The notes under the pieces were generated by a model. The model saw nothing but the letters and a program-made list of their open reading frames with translations. It made no database searches and was not told the DNA's origin. Positions 26,051-34,675 of a stretch of 58,266 nt of DNA are shown piece by piece. A program made the translations under genes and the position numbers. The stretch lies in the IMG/VR virus record IMGVR_UViG_3300042924_001589, positions 1-58,266 of that record. One strand, written 5' to 3'. This DNA comes from a virus (lineage: Duplodnaviria > Caudoviricetes). How positions within the stretch are numbered: position 1 is the first letter of the stretch; each line of letters starts with the position of its first letter.

Positions 26051-26232
26051 ATGGCAAACCAAGAGCCACTCTGGTCGGTTTCAAAACACTACCGGAAGCA
26101 CAGCAATGTTTGTATCAGTTGACTAAGGACTACATGATTTCGGTAGTGACCGAAGGCACATTCGATGGTACGCCGCTGGCCTACATCGTGGTGCGTAAGG
26201 ACTACGAGCCGATCGTGAAGGGGCAGTTATGA
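26047..26232 (+). CDS. Hypothetical protein
   Basis: ATGA overlap with the upstream gene; AAGGAG RBS. Confidence 0.6.
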   Translation: MNGKPRATLVGFKTLPEAQQCLYQLTKDYMISVVTEGTFDGTPLAYIVVRKDYEPIVKGQL

Positions 26233-26417
26233 AACTCTATGACGTTCCAAGAAACAGTCGCATCAGATTGCTAGGCGACACGCTATCGAGTGACATGGAA
26301 TTAAATTTCCACCACATCGATGGCATGTATTCCTATTGCACAGATGATGATGGGAATGTAATGCATCTGGCAGCATGGACTGAGATTGAATTAGTTAAAC
26401 AGGAGCAACCGCGATGA
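26229..26417 (+). CDS. Hypothetical phage protein
   Basis: MKLYDVPRNSRI...FHHIDGMYSYC...G...HL family; ATGA overlaps. Confidence 0.65.
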   Translation: MKLYDVPRNSRIRLLGDTLSSDMELNFHHIDGMYSYCTDDDGNVMHLAAWTEIELVKQEQPR

Positions 26418-26620
26418 CCCGCGATGACATTTTTAGAATGGCTCACGAAGTCGGATTAAAAACGCCATGGGATTTGATGGAATATCAATGGAAATTTGCC
26501 GCCCTCGTTGCCGCCGCCGAGCGGGAGGCGTGTGCGAAAATCTGCGACAAAATCCCTGCGCTAGCCATCAATCAAGCCAAAGCAGCGGCTAAACAAATTC
26601 GGGCGAGGGGTGGAAAGTAG
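26414..26620 (+). CDS. Small phage protein of the AAAEREACA family
   Basis: FAALVAAAEREACAK.C...A..IRARG motif common in proteobacterial phages. Confidence 0.7.
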   Translation: MTRDDIFRMAHEVGLKTPWDLMEYQWKFAALVAAAEREACAKICDKIPALAINQAKAAAKQIRARGGK

Positions 26621-26623
26621 ATC

Positions 26624-27106
26624 ATGCATATAACATTGAGCGAAGCAGAGCAGAGGTTAGCTAAGTACTTAGCTAAGCAGCGGTATGACAGCGCCAGAGA
26701 GAAAGGTCTGCCTAATCGGAAGATAGGGGATCAGTCCAACGAACTCACCGATCTGGAGGGTATCGCTGCCGAGATCGCCTTCTGCAAACTCGCCAATGTC
26801 TACCCCGACCTAGACCTTGATCACACCAAGGCAGAGGACTGCTACCTTCGAGACGGCAGGTCAGTGGATGTCAAGTCCACCACCTATGAGAGCGGCAGGC
26901 TATTGGCAGTCAAATGGAAAGATGCCACACAGGTGGATCTGTTTGTCCTGATGGTGGGCAAGTTCCCCAAGTACCGGTGTGCCGGCTTCTTGACATCGAC
27001 CGAGTTGCTCGATGCCAAAAGGTTGACTAACCTCGGGCATGGAGAGGGCTATGCCGCTACCCAAAACGAGTTACATGATCTATCCATACTGAACATAGGA
27101 GATTGA
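26624..27106 (+). CDS. Putative PD-(D/E)xK nuclease-fold protein
   Basis: G..AE.AF...D......VDVKST pattern. Confidence 0.5.
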   Translation: MHITLSEAEQRLAKYLAKQRYDSAREKGLPNRKIGDQSNELTDLEGIAAEIAFCKLANVYPDLDLDHTKAEDCYLRDGRSVDVKSTTYESGRLLAVKWKDATQVDLFVLMVGKFPKYRCAGFLTSTELLDAKRLTNLGHGEGYAATQNELHDLSILNIGD

Positions 27107-27107
27107 C

Positions 27108-27413
27108 ATGATCGATGATGAGTCACCTCCAGGTAGCTGGCAGGAGGAGATGAACCGGATGCCGTGGAAATGGGGGCAGCACCCCTCTATCCCACCGAAT
27201 GAAGCACTAGCCAGACTGCAAGCAAGGAATCTGTACGTTGAGTACACGGCACTGAGCGACGAGATCCGAAGACTTCAATCCGATTTGTTCTTAGCAAGAG
27301 AGAGGTTAGCAAGATATGTCGAACAAGAACGAACTCAAAAAGCAGATCTATCAGGAAATCAAAGCCCTTCACGGCAGGATTCAAGCCCTCAATGCCAAGC
27401 TGACTCGACTTGA
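27108..27413 (+). CDS. Hypothetical protein
   Basis: 101 aa; AGGAG RBS. Confidence 0.55.
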   Translation: MIDDESPPGSWQEEMNRMPWKWGQHPSIPPNEALARLQARNLYVEYTALSDEIRRLQSDLFLARERLARYVEQERTQKADLSGNQSPSRQDSSPQCQADST

Positions 27414-27498
27414 GATTGACTCACCCGAGCCGTTCCATTTCGATGATGACTACATACCACCCTTCTTGAGAAAGAAAGATGTCCCCTATACCCATTGA
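27316..27498 (+). CDS. Small coiled-coil hypothetical protein
   Basis: 60 aa; GAGG RBS; overlaps neighbours. Confidence 0.5.
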   Translation: MSNKNELKKQIYQEIKALHGRIQALNAKLTRLEIDSPEPFHFDDDYIPPFLRKKDVPYTH

Positions 27499-27931
27499 GA
27501 TGAGACTACGTGCAGAGCAACTGATCTATGAGTTGCATGGCTGGTCTTCAGCACACCCCGCCACTGCCTACTCCGACTGCATGTCCGAGGCGGCCTATCT
27601 GCTGTCCGACATGATGAAGGTACTCAACGCACGGCCTGTCAAGGGATTGACACCCGAGGCTGTATTGCAGGAAGCCAAGGACATGATTGCCGAGCGTGGC
27701 AAGCGCAGGGACAACGGGCAGGAACGCTCGATGCAAAGGATTGTCAAGACCTTCGAAGCCCTCACCGATCACAAGATGACCGAGGTCGAGGGCTGGTTAT
27801 TCATGGTGGTTCTCAAGCTCTGCCGAGAACGCACCGGATCTGACATCGATAACTGGATAGATGGGGCTGCCTACATGGGGTTGGCAGCCGAGGCTGTGGA
27901 AAAAAGCAGGGGCAATGCCCCCTCTGCATAA
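27479..27931 (+). CDS. DUF6378-like domain protein
   Basis: L.EA...I.ERG...I...F....G..FM..LK..R....D.W.D.A.Y..LA pattern. Confidence 0.7.
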   Translation: MSPIPIEMRLRAEQLIYELHGWSSAHPATAYSDCMSEAAYLLSDMMKVLNARPVKGLTPEAVLQEAKDMIAERGKRRDNGQERSMQRIVKTFEALTDHKMTEVEGWLFMVVLKLCRERTGSDIDNWIDGAAYMGLAAEAVEKSRGNAPSA

Positions 27932-27941
27932 CAATGTTATG
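27927..27941. repeat. 15-bp dyad CATAACAATGTTATG (copy 9), extended by TTAAAT into a XerD-like arm
   Basis: CCTCTGCATAA-CAATG-TTATGTTAAAT; overlaps a stop codon. Confidence 0.9.
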
Positions 27942-28004
27942 TTAAATTTCACGCCTCACCACCCCATCTCATGCGTCTTCACTCCGTGGTTGTGGTGAAC
28001 TTTT

Positions 28005-28038
28005 GCCCGTTGGCGTCAAACCCAACGGGCTTTTTTTT
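28005..28038 (+). terminator. Rho-independent terminator ending the early operon
   Basis: GCCCGTTGG-CGTCAAAC-CCAACGGGC followed by eight T. Confidence 0.88.
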
Positions 28039-28048
28039 GGAGTAAGAA

Positions 28049-28429
28049 ATGGCTAGAAAGAAGAAACCCGAGATCCCTGAAGAGATCGACATCAATGTCG
28101 TAATGCCAAGGATCTTGATCATGAAGAACGATGAAGCCTGTCTGCGTTCAGCAGAGAGGTTGGTGGAAGTGCTGGCGCAATGCTGCGCCGCTATCATCTC
28201 GGCCAACAGAGATGCCTCGATCTGCATGGGCATGGTCAACCATGTCTACGAAATCAACGGGACATTGCGGGTAGCCTTGGCGACCCATACCCCGCATGAT
28301 GTGGATCATTTCCGCATGACAATGATCGCCCTGTCGACTGCCTACGAAGAGATCATGGGCGGACACCAGATAGAACTCGTTGACCCTGTGGACTTTAGCG
28401 GGTTCGATGTCGCCCGAATGGAGGCATGA
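28049..28429 (+). CDS. Hypothetical protein
   Basis: 126 aa; GGAG RBS. Confidence 0.65.
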   Translation: MARKKKPEIPEEIDINVVMPRILIMKNDEACLRSAERLVEVLAQCCAAIISANRDASICMGMVNHVYEINGTLRVALATHTPHDVDHFRMTMIALSTAYEEIMGGHQIELVDPVDFSGFDVARMEA

Positions 28430-28659
28430 TGAAGTACAAAGCAGGAAAGACTAAGGGGATTGCCCTAGCGCCAGCTGCGGCAGATAACCCCCTAGCCAAA
28501 AGGATGCTTGAACAGATAGGCGGAACTGACTATCAATTATTAAAGACATTTCAGCAACACTTTGGCGCAAAGCTAGTGCATTACCAAGACAATGCAGGCG
28601 AGGTTGGCAAGCGACCGAAGTGGGCAGACCCCCCTCTGCCCAACCAAAAGGTGGCATAA
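28426..28659 (+). CDS. Hypothetical protein
   Basis: 77 aa; ATGA overlap; GGAGG RBS. Confidence 0.65.
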   Translation: MMKYKAGKTKGIALAPAAADNPLAKRMLEQIGGTDYQLLKTFQQHFGAKLVHYQDNAGEVGKRPKWADPPLPNQKVA

Positions 28660-28685
28660 TCTGTATTGACATATAGGAGGTCGAC

Positions 28686-29075
28686 ATGGCTTACACCAAA
28701 GCGAGCCTGCGTGAGCGGCTCAAGAATCAGATCATGGGCGAGAACGTGGCCGGCACGAAGGCAGGCCAGTGGTCAGCTCGCAAAGCACAGCTCCTTGGCA
28801 AGCGTTACAAGGAGGCTGGTGGCGGTTACTCCGGCAGCAAAACCAAAGCACAGAAGAGCTTAAGCAAATGGACAAAGCAAGAATGGACGACCAAATCTGG
28901 CAAGCCTTCGAGCAAGACTGGCGAAAGATATTTACCGAAGAAGGCAGTGAAAGCCCTGTCCTCGGAGGAGTACGCCAAGACGACAGCCGCCAAGCGCAAG
29001 GGCAAAGCGCAGGGCAAGCAGTTCGTGAAGCAGCCCAAAGCGATCGCCAAGAAGGTTAAGAAGTACCGAGACTAA
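28686..29075 (+). CDS. DUF5872-like highly basic protein
   Basis: GQWSARKAQLL...YK.AGGGY...QKSL.KWT.Q.W.T..G...RYLP; AGGAGG RBS. Confidence 0.8.
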   Translation: MAYTKASLRERLKNQIMGENVAGTKAGQWSARKAQLLGKRYKEAGGGYSGSKTKAQKSLSKWTKQEWTTKSGKPSSKTGERYLPKKAVKALSSEEYAKTTAAKRKGKAQGKQFVKQPKAIAKKVKKYRD

Positions 29076-29079
29076 TCCC

Positions 29080-29421
29080 ATGCCAAAGAAGAAGAACGAA
29101 GACAAGATGCTGATCTTCCGTTGCCATGCCGCAACAATCTTGAAGGTCAAGGCCATCGCAGCAGCTGAGGGGCGGACGGTATCTGCCCAGATCCGTCACA
29201 TGATCGAGGACTACCCCCTCAAGCCCCGCTTCATCAAGGCTGCTAAGAACACCCTGAAGAAGAAGCCCGATGCTAGGCCGCAGGAGATCATCGAGGAGGC
29301 TCTGGCAGCCAAGTACCCTACCGAGGTAGCGACCCCAGACACGCCGCCTGTAAAGCCGTCTCCGCCAACTCAGTGGTGGAACGCACAGACCGACGAGAGC
29401 CAGGAGCCAGCGTCGGGTTGA
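29080..29421 (+). CDS. Putative ribbon-helix-helix (Arc-like) DNA-binding protein
   Basis: MLIFRC....LKVKAIAAAEGRTVSAQIRHMIE matches the Arc/CopG pattern. Confidence 0.6.
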   Translation: MPKKKNEDKMLIFRCHAATILKVKAIAAAEGRTVSAQIRHMIEDYPLKPRFIKAAKNTLKKKPDARPQEIIEEALAAKYPTEVATPDTPPVKPSPPTQWWNAQTDESQEPASG

Positions 29422-29839
29422 AGTAGACCTTGAGTGTATTGAGTCCAGTTCTCAATTCCCTGATCGGGGAAGGCAGTTCTCGGATGACTGAATTCCACAC
29501 CGCCCGGTATCCACTAGGCGGACAGTGGTCTTGCAAGTAACGGTCAGCCGACAGGATGGCCAACGCTCTGGGTGCGCGGTTCCCCACCGACATCTGCACC
29601 CGCTCCATCTGTATCGAAGATGGAAACACCCCAGACCTATGAGCCAGTGAATAGAACGCTATCGCAGCGTCGTACTGATCGACATCGATGGCCTTCTGCA
29701 GGTAGAGGCGATCGACCAGCAGTTGGTCGACCACCTTTGCCCTGAGGAAGACGCCGTCCTCGGACTCCAACCTCACCGTGTGGCGACGGTGTAGTTCGTT
29801 GGAGCCGAGTTCGTTGGCGACTAGATCCCTAGTTGTCAA
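29318..29839 (-). CDS. Hypothetical protein downstream of the primase-helicase
   Basis: Open frame; likely TTG start at 29839 overlapping the end of the primase gene (the track extends it to 29983). Confidence 0.6.
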   Translation of the reverse strand: MTTRDLVANELGSNELHRRHTVRLESEDGVFLRAKVVDQLLVDRLYLQKAIDVDQYDAAIAFYSLAHRSGVFPSSIQMERVQMSVGNRAPRALAILSADRYLQDHCPPSGYRAVWNSVIRELPSPIRELRTGLNTLKVYFNPTLAPGSRRSVRSTTELAETALQAACLGSLPR

Positions 29840-31595
29840 TGTTCCAGTCAAAGTTATCCGGTTTCGCTGCAGCGTATTGCCGATCCGACCATCTTGTGCT
29901 AGCAGGATCAAATTGTAAATACGCCATTCCCATTCTGCCAAGCCACTGCCATCGCGCTTTCCACACATGCGCCTCTGGCCCATCCTCAGTGCGTGTCACA
30001 GTCAGACCAAGATCGGCCTTGGCAAACCATGACATCGACTTGGCAACATCCAATCCTGTAACCACCTTCTGTGTACGATCCATCGGCTTTGCCGGATGCG
30101 CCACAAAGAACACATGCACACCGGATTGCTTGGCAAACTGCTGCACCTTGGTAAGCATGCCGTTGATGGCGTCTGTCTCCAGACGATCCTTAGTGTCCAC
30201 CTCGATGAAGTTGTATGGGTCGATCACCAAGATCCGCACACCCATACGCATCACTGCCGCACGAGCGAAGTCGAGGATGCCCTCGATGTGGGCTGGCGCA
30301 CCGGCCATGTAGTCAAGCCACACGAAGTGATCGAGCATCCAACCAAGCGCGGCATCCCGCTCTTCGATAGACATACGGGGCTTTGTCATGCCATCGAAGA
30401 ACGGTTTGCCGACGATCTTTGAAGCCAACTGCGCCATGTGCAGATGCGGTGGCTTCTCGAAACTACAGAAGGCGGTCTTCCAGCCATGCTGCTGCGCGGC
30501 GTTGAGGCAGACCTGATCGATGAGATCCGACTTGCCACTGCCCGGGAACCCTGTGACCACGGTCATCATCCCCTCCGAGATGTTCATGATCTGATCCAAG
30601 GCGGGGATGCCGGTGCTGACACCTTTGGTGTGACCCTCGTTGTAGAGATTGTCGAACCGCTGCGCGTAATGGTCGGCTCCGTAAAGGCCAGCCATGGGGA
30701 TGGGTCGGGCAGAGTTGAAAGCCGCCAATAGGCCGTCTGTGCCAGCCTGAGCGAGGGTTTCATTGGCATCCTTGCATGGCAGATTGATCTTCCAACACTT
30801 GGCCTTGCCAATCCTGCGAGAGAGTTCCTCGATGAGGGCTTCACCGGCAGGGTCTAGGTCAGGCGAGAAGTAGACGCGGTCTGTGTTGGCGAGAAGCTCC
30901 TGCGCTTCCCAGACATAGGCAAAGCGACGATCATCCTGCGGATCGATGGCGCCATCCTTGACGCGCTGCGGCGCACCGTTCGGGACGCTCACCACGTTGG
31001 CATCCACGCCAGCAGCAAGCCATGACAGGGCATCGATCTCGCCCTCACAGATCAGCAGCGGCTTACCCGCCACTGCCCGATCAATGTTCCAGAAGCTAGT
31101 GCATACCGCTTGCTGACTGAAGTGCTTGTCAGTGTCAGCACTGCGCCACTTGACTGCGAAGATCTTGTTGTTCTCGCGGTAGGGGAAACCAATAGCAGGG
31201 AGACTGCCTACAGAAGCAAAGCCCCACCTGCCAAACACGCAGTACTCCTCGGAGATAGCAGCAGGAATGCCTCGCTCCTTCAGGTAGCGAACGCCCTGCT
31301 CTTTGTCCGTCTCGTTGAGATCAGCCAGGACGATCTCGGGCTTGGGAGCCTTGACTGCCTGTACCTGTCTGATCGGTGTCACGTTGCTTTGAAATCTGTC
31401 CATGCCGCCTTCAACCCCGCAATGCCAGCAAGTCCATCGAATAGATTGGCCATCCACGTAGACCGACAAAGGTCTGTCGTGGCGGTGCTTAGTTCTGGTG
31501 TGTTGGCAGCTAGGACATTCGACCTTGTGCTGCCCGTCATCGAGATGTTGGACTGCCCGTCCAATCATATCGTCATCGTTCGTCATACTTAGCAT
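29829..31595 (-). CDS. Bifunctional primase-helicase (T7 gp4/Twinkle-like)
   Basis: Zn finger CPSC...CWHC, TOPRIM CEGEIDALS and DLD.AG, SF4 helicase GFPGSGKS, VIDP and VAHP.K. Confidence 0.92.
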   Translation of the reverse strand: MLSMTNDDDMIGRAVQHLDDGQHKVECPSCQHTRTKHRHDRPLSVYVDGQSIRWTCWHCGVEGGMDRFQSNVTPIRQVQAVKAPKPEIVLADLNETDKEQGVRYLKERGIPAAISEEYCVFGRWGFASVGSLPAIGFPYRENNKIFAVKWRSADTDKHFSQQAVCTSFWNIDRAVAGKPLLICEGEIDALSWLAAGVDANVVSVPNGAPQRVKDGAIDPQDDRRFAYVWEAQELLANTDRVYFSPDLDPAGEALIEELSRRIGKAKCWKINLPCKDANETLAQAGTDGLLAAFNSARPIPMAGLYGADHYAQRFDNLYNEGHTKGVSTGIPALDQIMNISEGMMTVVTGFPGSGKSDLIDQVCLNAAQQHGWKTAFCSFEKPPHLHMAQLASKIVGKPFFDGMTKPRMSIEERDAALGWMLDHFVWLDYMAGAPAHIEGILDFARAAVMRMGVRILVIDPYNFIEVDTKDRLETDAINGMLTKVQQFAKQSGVHVFFVAHPAKPMDRTQKVVTGLDVAKSMSWFAKADLGLTVTRTEDGPEAHVWKARWQWLGRMGMAYLQFDPASTRWSDRQYAAAKPDNFDWNIDN

Positions 31596-31611
31596 GCGTC
31601 TTCCTCCGATG

Positions 31612-31752
31612 CTAGATATAAATTCTTACTATGTATTATTTCTTAGTTAGTTTCTTAACTGTATTTGTATATATATAACTCCTATGTACTTACTGTTATA
31701 TATATCTAGTTATATATATAACTAGTTATATATTTATATATATCTATCTAGC
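31612..31752. other. Extremely AT-rich intergenic tract, candidate replication origin
   Basis: TA-dinucleotide runs and the perfect 20-bp palindrome CTAGTTATATATATAACTAG (31706-31725), immediately upstream of the primase-helicase. Confidence 0.55.
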
Positions 31753-31964
31753 AGGGACTGAACTTGTTTTCGTCTTATCCCTGTAGGCAGTTTCATGATC
31801 TGGGCAACAAACTTCTTCAGTTGCACAGAGTCCATGCCTGCCTCGGAGCAGGCTTCGATGAAGTCCTGACTGCCTATCCATCGCAGGGCATCCTGCCTGA
31901 TGTCAGGGTCTAGGTCAGTGGCGTCCTCGATAGCCTGAAACACCACCCGCTTAGCAATCTTCAT
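31734..31964 (-). CDS. Hypothetical protein (76 aa)
   Basis: Likely ATG at 31964 (MKIAKRVVFQAIEDA...A.RW....DF...C..AG), overlapping the end of the RusA-like gene. Confidence 0.6.
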   Translation of the reverse strand: MKIAKRVVFQAIEDATDLDPDIRQDALRWIGSQDFIEACSEAGMDSVQLKKFVAQIMKLPTGIRRKQVQSLLDRYI

Positions 31965-32370
31965 CGTGCCAAAAAACACCGAGCTTGTCCTTGAACTGAT
32001 CCTTGAAGTCCGACATGGAGCAGATGAAGATTTCTGCACGAGGGTCATCCTTGTCAAGCCCCCATAGCACAAATCTGCATTTGACTTGCCTGTCATTGGT
32101 ATAGACACGACCCTGAAGTAGATCTAGGATCAGTGACTCATCGAGGTCAGGCCGTCGTGAAGCGTAGTAAATTTTCGCTGCGAAGAAAAGATCTCCTTCG
32201 AGTTTTTCTTCTAGCTCTGGGACTTGAAGCTTGAAAGCCTCGCCGTAACTCAGGGCTTTCTGGCTCTTGATGAACCGAGGCTTGCCCCCGAAGTTGACGA
32301 ACCGACGGGAGTTTGCTTTGCTGGCAGCCTCTCCGTGGATGACGCCTTCCCAAAAATTCTTGACTTGCAA
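31951..32370 (-). CDS. rusA: RusA-like Holliday junction resolvase
   Basis: SKAN, RPDLDES.ILD.LQG..Y.NDRQV and DPRAEI motifs. Confidence 0.75.
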   Translation of the reverse strand: MQVKNFWEGVIHGEAASKANSRRFVNFGGKPRFIKSQKALSYGEAFKLQVPELEEKLEGDLFFAAKIYYASRRPDLDESLILDLLQGRVYTNDRQVKCRFVLWGLDKDDPRAEIFICSMSDFKDQFKDKLGVFWHDEDC

Positions 32371-32388
32371 TTTATTTCTCGCTAATAT
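32360..32388 (+). promoter_or_regulatory. Putative sigma70 promoter for the recombination module
   Basis: TTGACT-17 nt-TAATAT at the divergence point between modules. Confidence 0.55.
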
Positions 32389-32425
32389 TGGCTTTCATAA
32401 CAAAGATCATACTTGGAGTAAAGAC

Positions 32426-32788
32426 ATGCGACAAGGAAATCCTGAGGGGTTTCGATCCCCTATTCCCGAAGACCTACAAGAGATGGCCATTGCCTTTGTG
32501 CATGCGGCCACCCGAGAGAACCTGACAGGCTTTGGCCTCACCTTCATGGTGGACAGGCAGCTGGTCAGGATGCACAAGGTCGATGACCAGTTTAGGGAGA
32601 TTGCCGCCATCACGTTTTACTACGATGCAGTTAGAGATGGCGGGCTAGATTTTTTAATGAACACCGCAATAACGATGGACGAAATGCTCAGCATTCAGGA
32701 GTGGGTAGATGGTGATCAAGGAAATGAAGTTCAAGAAGAAAAAGGCCAACGTGGAGATGAAGGCAGTGGTCAAGCTGAAACTGCCTAG
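32426..32788 (+). CDS. Hypothetical protein
   Basis: ATG at 32426 after GGAG. Confidence 0.6.
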   Translation: MRQGNPEGFRSPIPEDLQEMAIAFVHAATRENLTGFGLTFMVDRQLVRMHKVDDQFREIAAITFYYDAVRDGGLDFLMNTAITMDEMLSIQEWVDGDQGNEVQEEKGQRGDEGSGQAETA

Positions 32789-32951
32789 TGTTGATGTCGG
32801 CAATGGATTCATTGTCGAGTCCACCGCGCAAGGTAAGGCTGGTACACAGGCTACCTACCGCGCCATCAAGAAAGATCTAGCCAATCGCAAGGGCGAGAAG
32901 TACCGGGTGATCTGGCTGATCAAGAGCTTTTTAGTTTATCGAGTGAAGTGA
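32724..32951 (+). CDS. Small basic hypothetical protein
   Basis: AAGGA RBS before ATG at 32724 (track start 32709). Confidence 0.6.
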   Translation: MKFKKKKANVEMKAVVKLKLPSVDVGNGFIVESTAQGKAGTQATYRAIKKDLANRKGEKYRVIWLIKSFLVYRVK

Positions 32952-33694
32952 TGCAGTACACAAACAAACACGATGTCCCGATCGAGGTCATACGGGCAGT
33001 TCAGAACGACCCGTACACCAAAGGCGAAGGCGTAACGCTATCCGTTACGCAGTTGATCAAGTCGCCTAGGATTGTTGCTCTGGCGGAACAGCATGATGCT
33101 GATATCTCGGTGGACTACCGAGACGAGGTGTTCAAGCTGCTCGGAAAGGCAGTGCATTTGGCTTTGGAGAATGCCAACGCTGACGATGAGAACCTAATCC
33201 CAGAGCGTCGACTCTATGCTGAGATCGATGGCTGGCGGATCAGTGGGCAGACCGACACGATGTCGCTCAAGGAGAAGATGCTGACCGACTACAAATGCAC
33301 CAGCGTGTATGCGGTTGGATCAGACAAGCCTGAGTGGGAACAGCAGTTGAATCTCTACACTTGGCTATGGCGCAAGCATGGCTATGAGGTCGAGCGACTG
33401 CGCATCATGGCGATCCTGCGTGACTGGAGGCGTAGCGATGCAGACAAAAAGTTTGACTACCCTCAGTCCCCTGTGGTGTGCTTGGAGATCCCCATATGGG
33501 GCTTCATCAAGCAGACCGACTTTGTGCAGCAGCGAGTGGCGATGCATCAGGCAGCCATGAAAGGCGAACTGCCTGAATGCACAGACGAAGATCGTTGGCT
33601 GCGCAGGGGCAAGAACATTCGGTGCGAAGGTAACTGGTGTCAGGTCGCACCGTTCTGCTCTCAATGGCAAGCAATGAAGGAGGAGAAGGCGTGA
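32948..33694 (+). CDS. PD-(D/E)xK / Cas4-like recombination exonuclease
   Basis: G.A.H, E.R, G..D, DYK and QLN.Y motifs plus a C-terminal Cys cluster. Confidence 0.8.
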   Translation: MMQYTNKHDVPIEVIRAVQNDPYTKGEGVTLSVTQLIKSPRIVALAEQHDADISVDYRDEVFKLLGKAVHLALENANADDENLIPERRLYAEIDGWRISGQTDTMSLKEKMLTDYKCTSVYAVGSDKPEWEQQLNLYTWLWRKHGYEVERLRIMAILRDWRRSDADKKFDYPQSPVVCLEIPIWGFIKQTDFVQQRVAMHQAAMKGELPECTDEDRWLRRGKNIRCEGNWCQVAPFCSQWQAMKEEKA

Positions 33695-34341
33695 GTAATA
33701 CAGAATCCAGTAATGCCAAACAGATTTGGCAGACGCTCAGTAAGCTGAATGTGAATGATCACACAGAGAAGAAAGGTCACTTAACCTATCTTTCGTGGGC
33801 TTGGGCATACCAGACCATGATGGATCACTTCCCCGATATGCAGATCATTTGGTCAACCTTCAGGGATGTAGACGGTATGGACAGGGATGTCCTCTACTAC
33901 CCTGATCGCAGTTGCTCAGTCCATTGCACGGTGGTCGTGCAAGGTGTGACTCGGCATATGTGGTTGCCGGTTATGGATAACCGCAACAACGCAGTGCAGA
34001 ACCCAGATGCCCGAGCTATCTCGGACACCAAGATGCGCTGCCTCGTGAAGTGTTTTGCGTTGTTCGGTCTTGGACTCTACATCTTCGCAGGATCTGACCT
34101 GCCTGAAGAGGAAGAGTTTGTAGCGCCGAATCGAGTGAAGACTCCAGAGGAACACCAAGCGTTCCTAGAGGCAGTCGAGAAGCATGTAGCGAAGTTCAAA
34201 GCCAAGACTGAACTCAACGGATTCTTCCGTAAGTTGGAGCCTTGGTTCTCGGATCTTAGAGAGATCATAGACGGAGACGGAGTCTCCGGCTACGACGATC
34301 TCGTTAAGAAGTTCAAGATGTATGCAACGAAGGTAAAGTGA
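33691..34341 (+). CDS. Sak-like (DUF1071) single-strand annealing protein
   Basis: EKKG.LTYLSWAWA, WLPVMD.RN and MRCLVKC.A.FGLGLYI.AG.DLP motifs; GTG start at 33691. Confidence 0.85.
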   Translation: MSNTESSNAKQIWQTLSKLNVNDHTEKKGHLTYLSWAWAYQTMMDHFPDMQIIWSTFRDVDGMDRDVLYYPDRSCSVHCTVVVQGVTRHMWLPVMDNRNNAVQNPDARAISDTKMRCLVKCFALFGLGLYIFAGSDLPEEEEFVAPNRVKTPEEHQAFLEAVEKHVAKFKAKTELNGFFRKLEPWFSDLREIIDGDGVSGYDDLVKKFKMYATKVK

Positions 34342-34348
34342 GGAAAGT

Positions 34349-34675
34349 ATGGAACAGAGAATTAGTGGCGACGGCCAGATCTACCCGAACAAGTACAAGG
34401 ATGCTCCGAACAAGCCGGACATCACTGGCGAGTTCGTGGTCAACAAGGAAACCCTCAAGCAGTTGGTCAGCCTCCTGAAGGAAGGCAAGGAGCCAGCGTT
34501 GAAGGTCGCTATCTGGAATCGCGTGAGCAAGGCTGGCAACCCCTACCACTACATCAAGTATGAGCCGGTAGAGGCCAAGCCGAAGAAGGAATTCAACGGT
34601 GGTGGATCATCTGGGTACAAGGCAAACCCCCCGCCTACCCAAGCTGAAGATCCGGATGATCCGCTTCCGTTTTGA
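34349..34675 (+). CDS. Putative single-stranded DNA-binding protein
   Basis: PD.TG...VA.W...SKAG..Y core and acidic DDPLPF tail; follows the Sak-like gene. Confidence 0.7.
   Translation: MEQRISGDGQIYPNKYKDAPNKPDITGEFVVNKETLKQLVSLLKEGKEPALKVAIWNRVSKAGNPYHYIKYEPVEAKPKKEFNGGGSSGYKANPPPTQAEDPDDPLPF

Noticed and set aside
18504-27941. Dyad repeats as a CRISPR array
   Set aside because: Repeats are only 15 bp, spacing is irregular (hundreds to thousands of bp) with whole genes between them, and there is no cas operon.
27948-28004. Possible tRNA or small RNA before the terminator
   Set aside because: No cloverleaf or T-loop GTTC signature; I recognised no tRNA anywhere in the window.
32948-33694. 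Cas4-like gene as part of a CRISPR system
   Set aside because: It sits with Sak-like and SSB genes, the usual phage recombination module.
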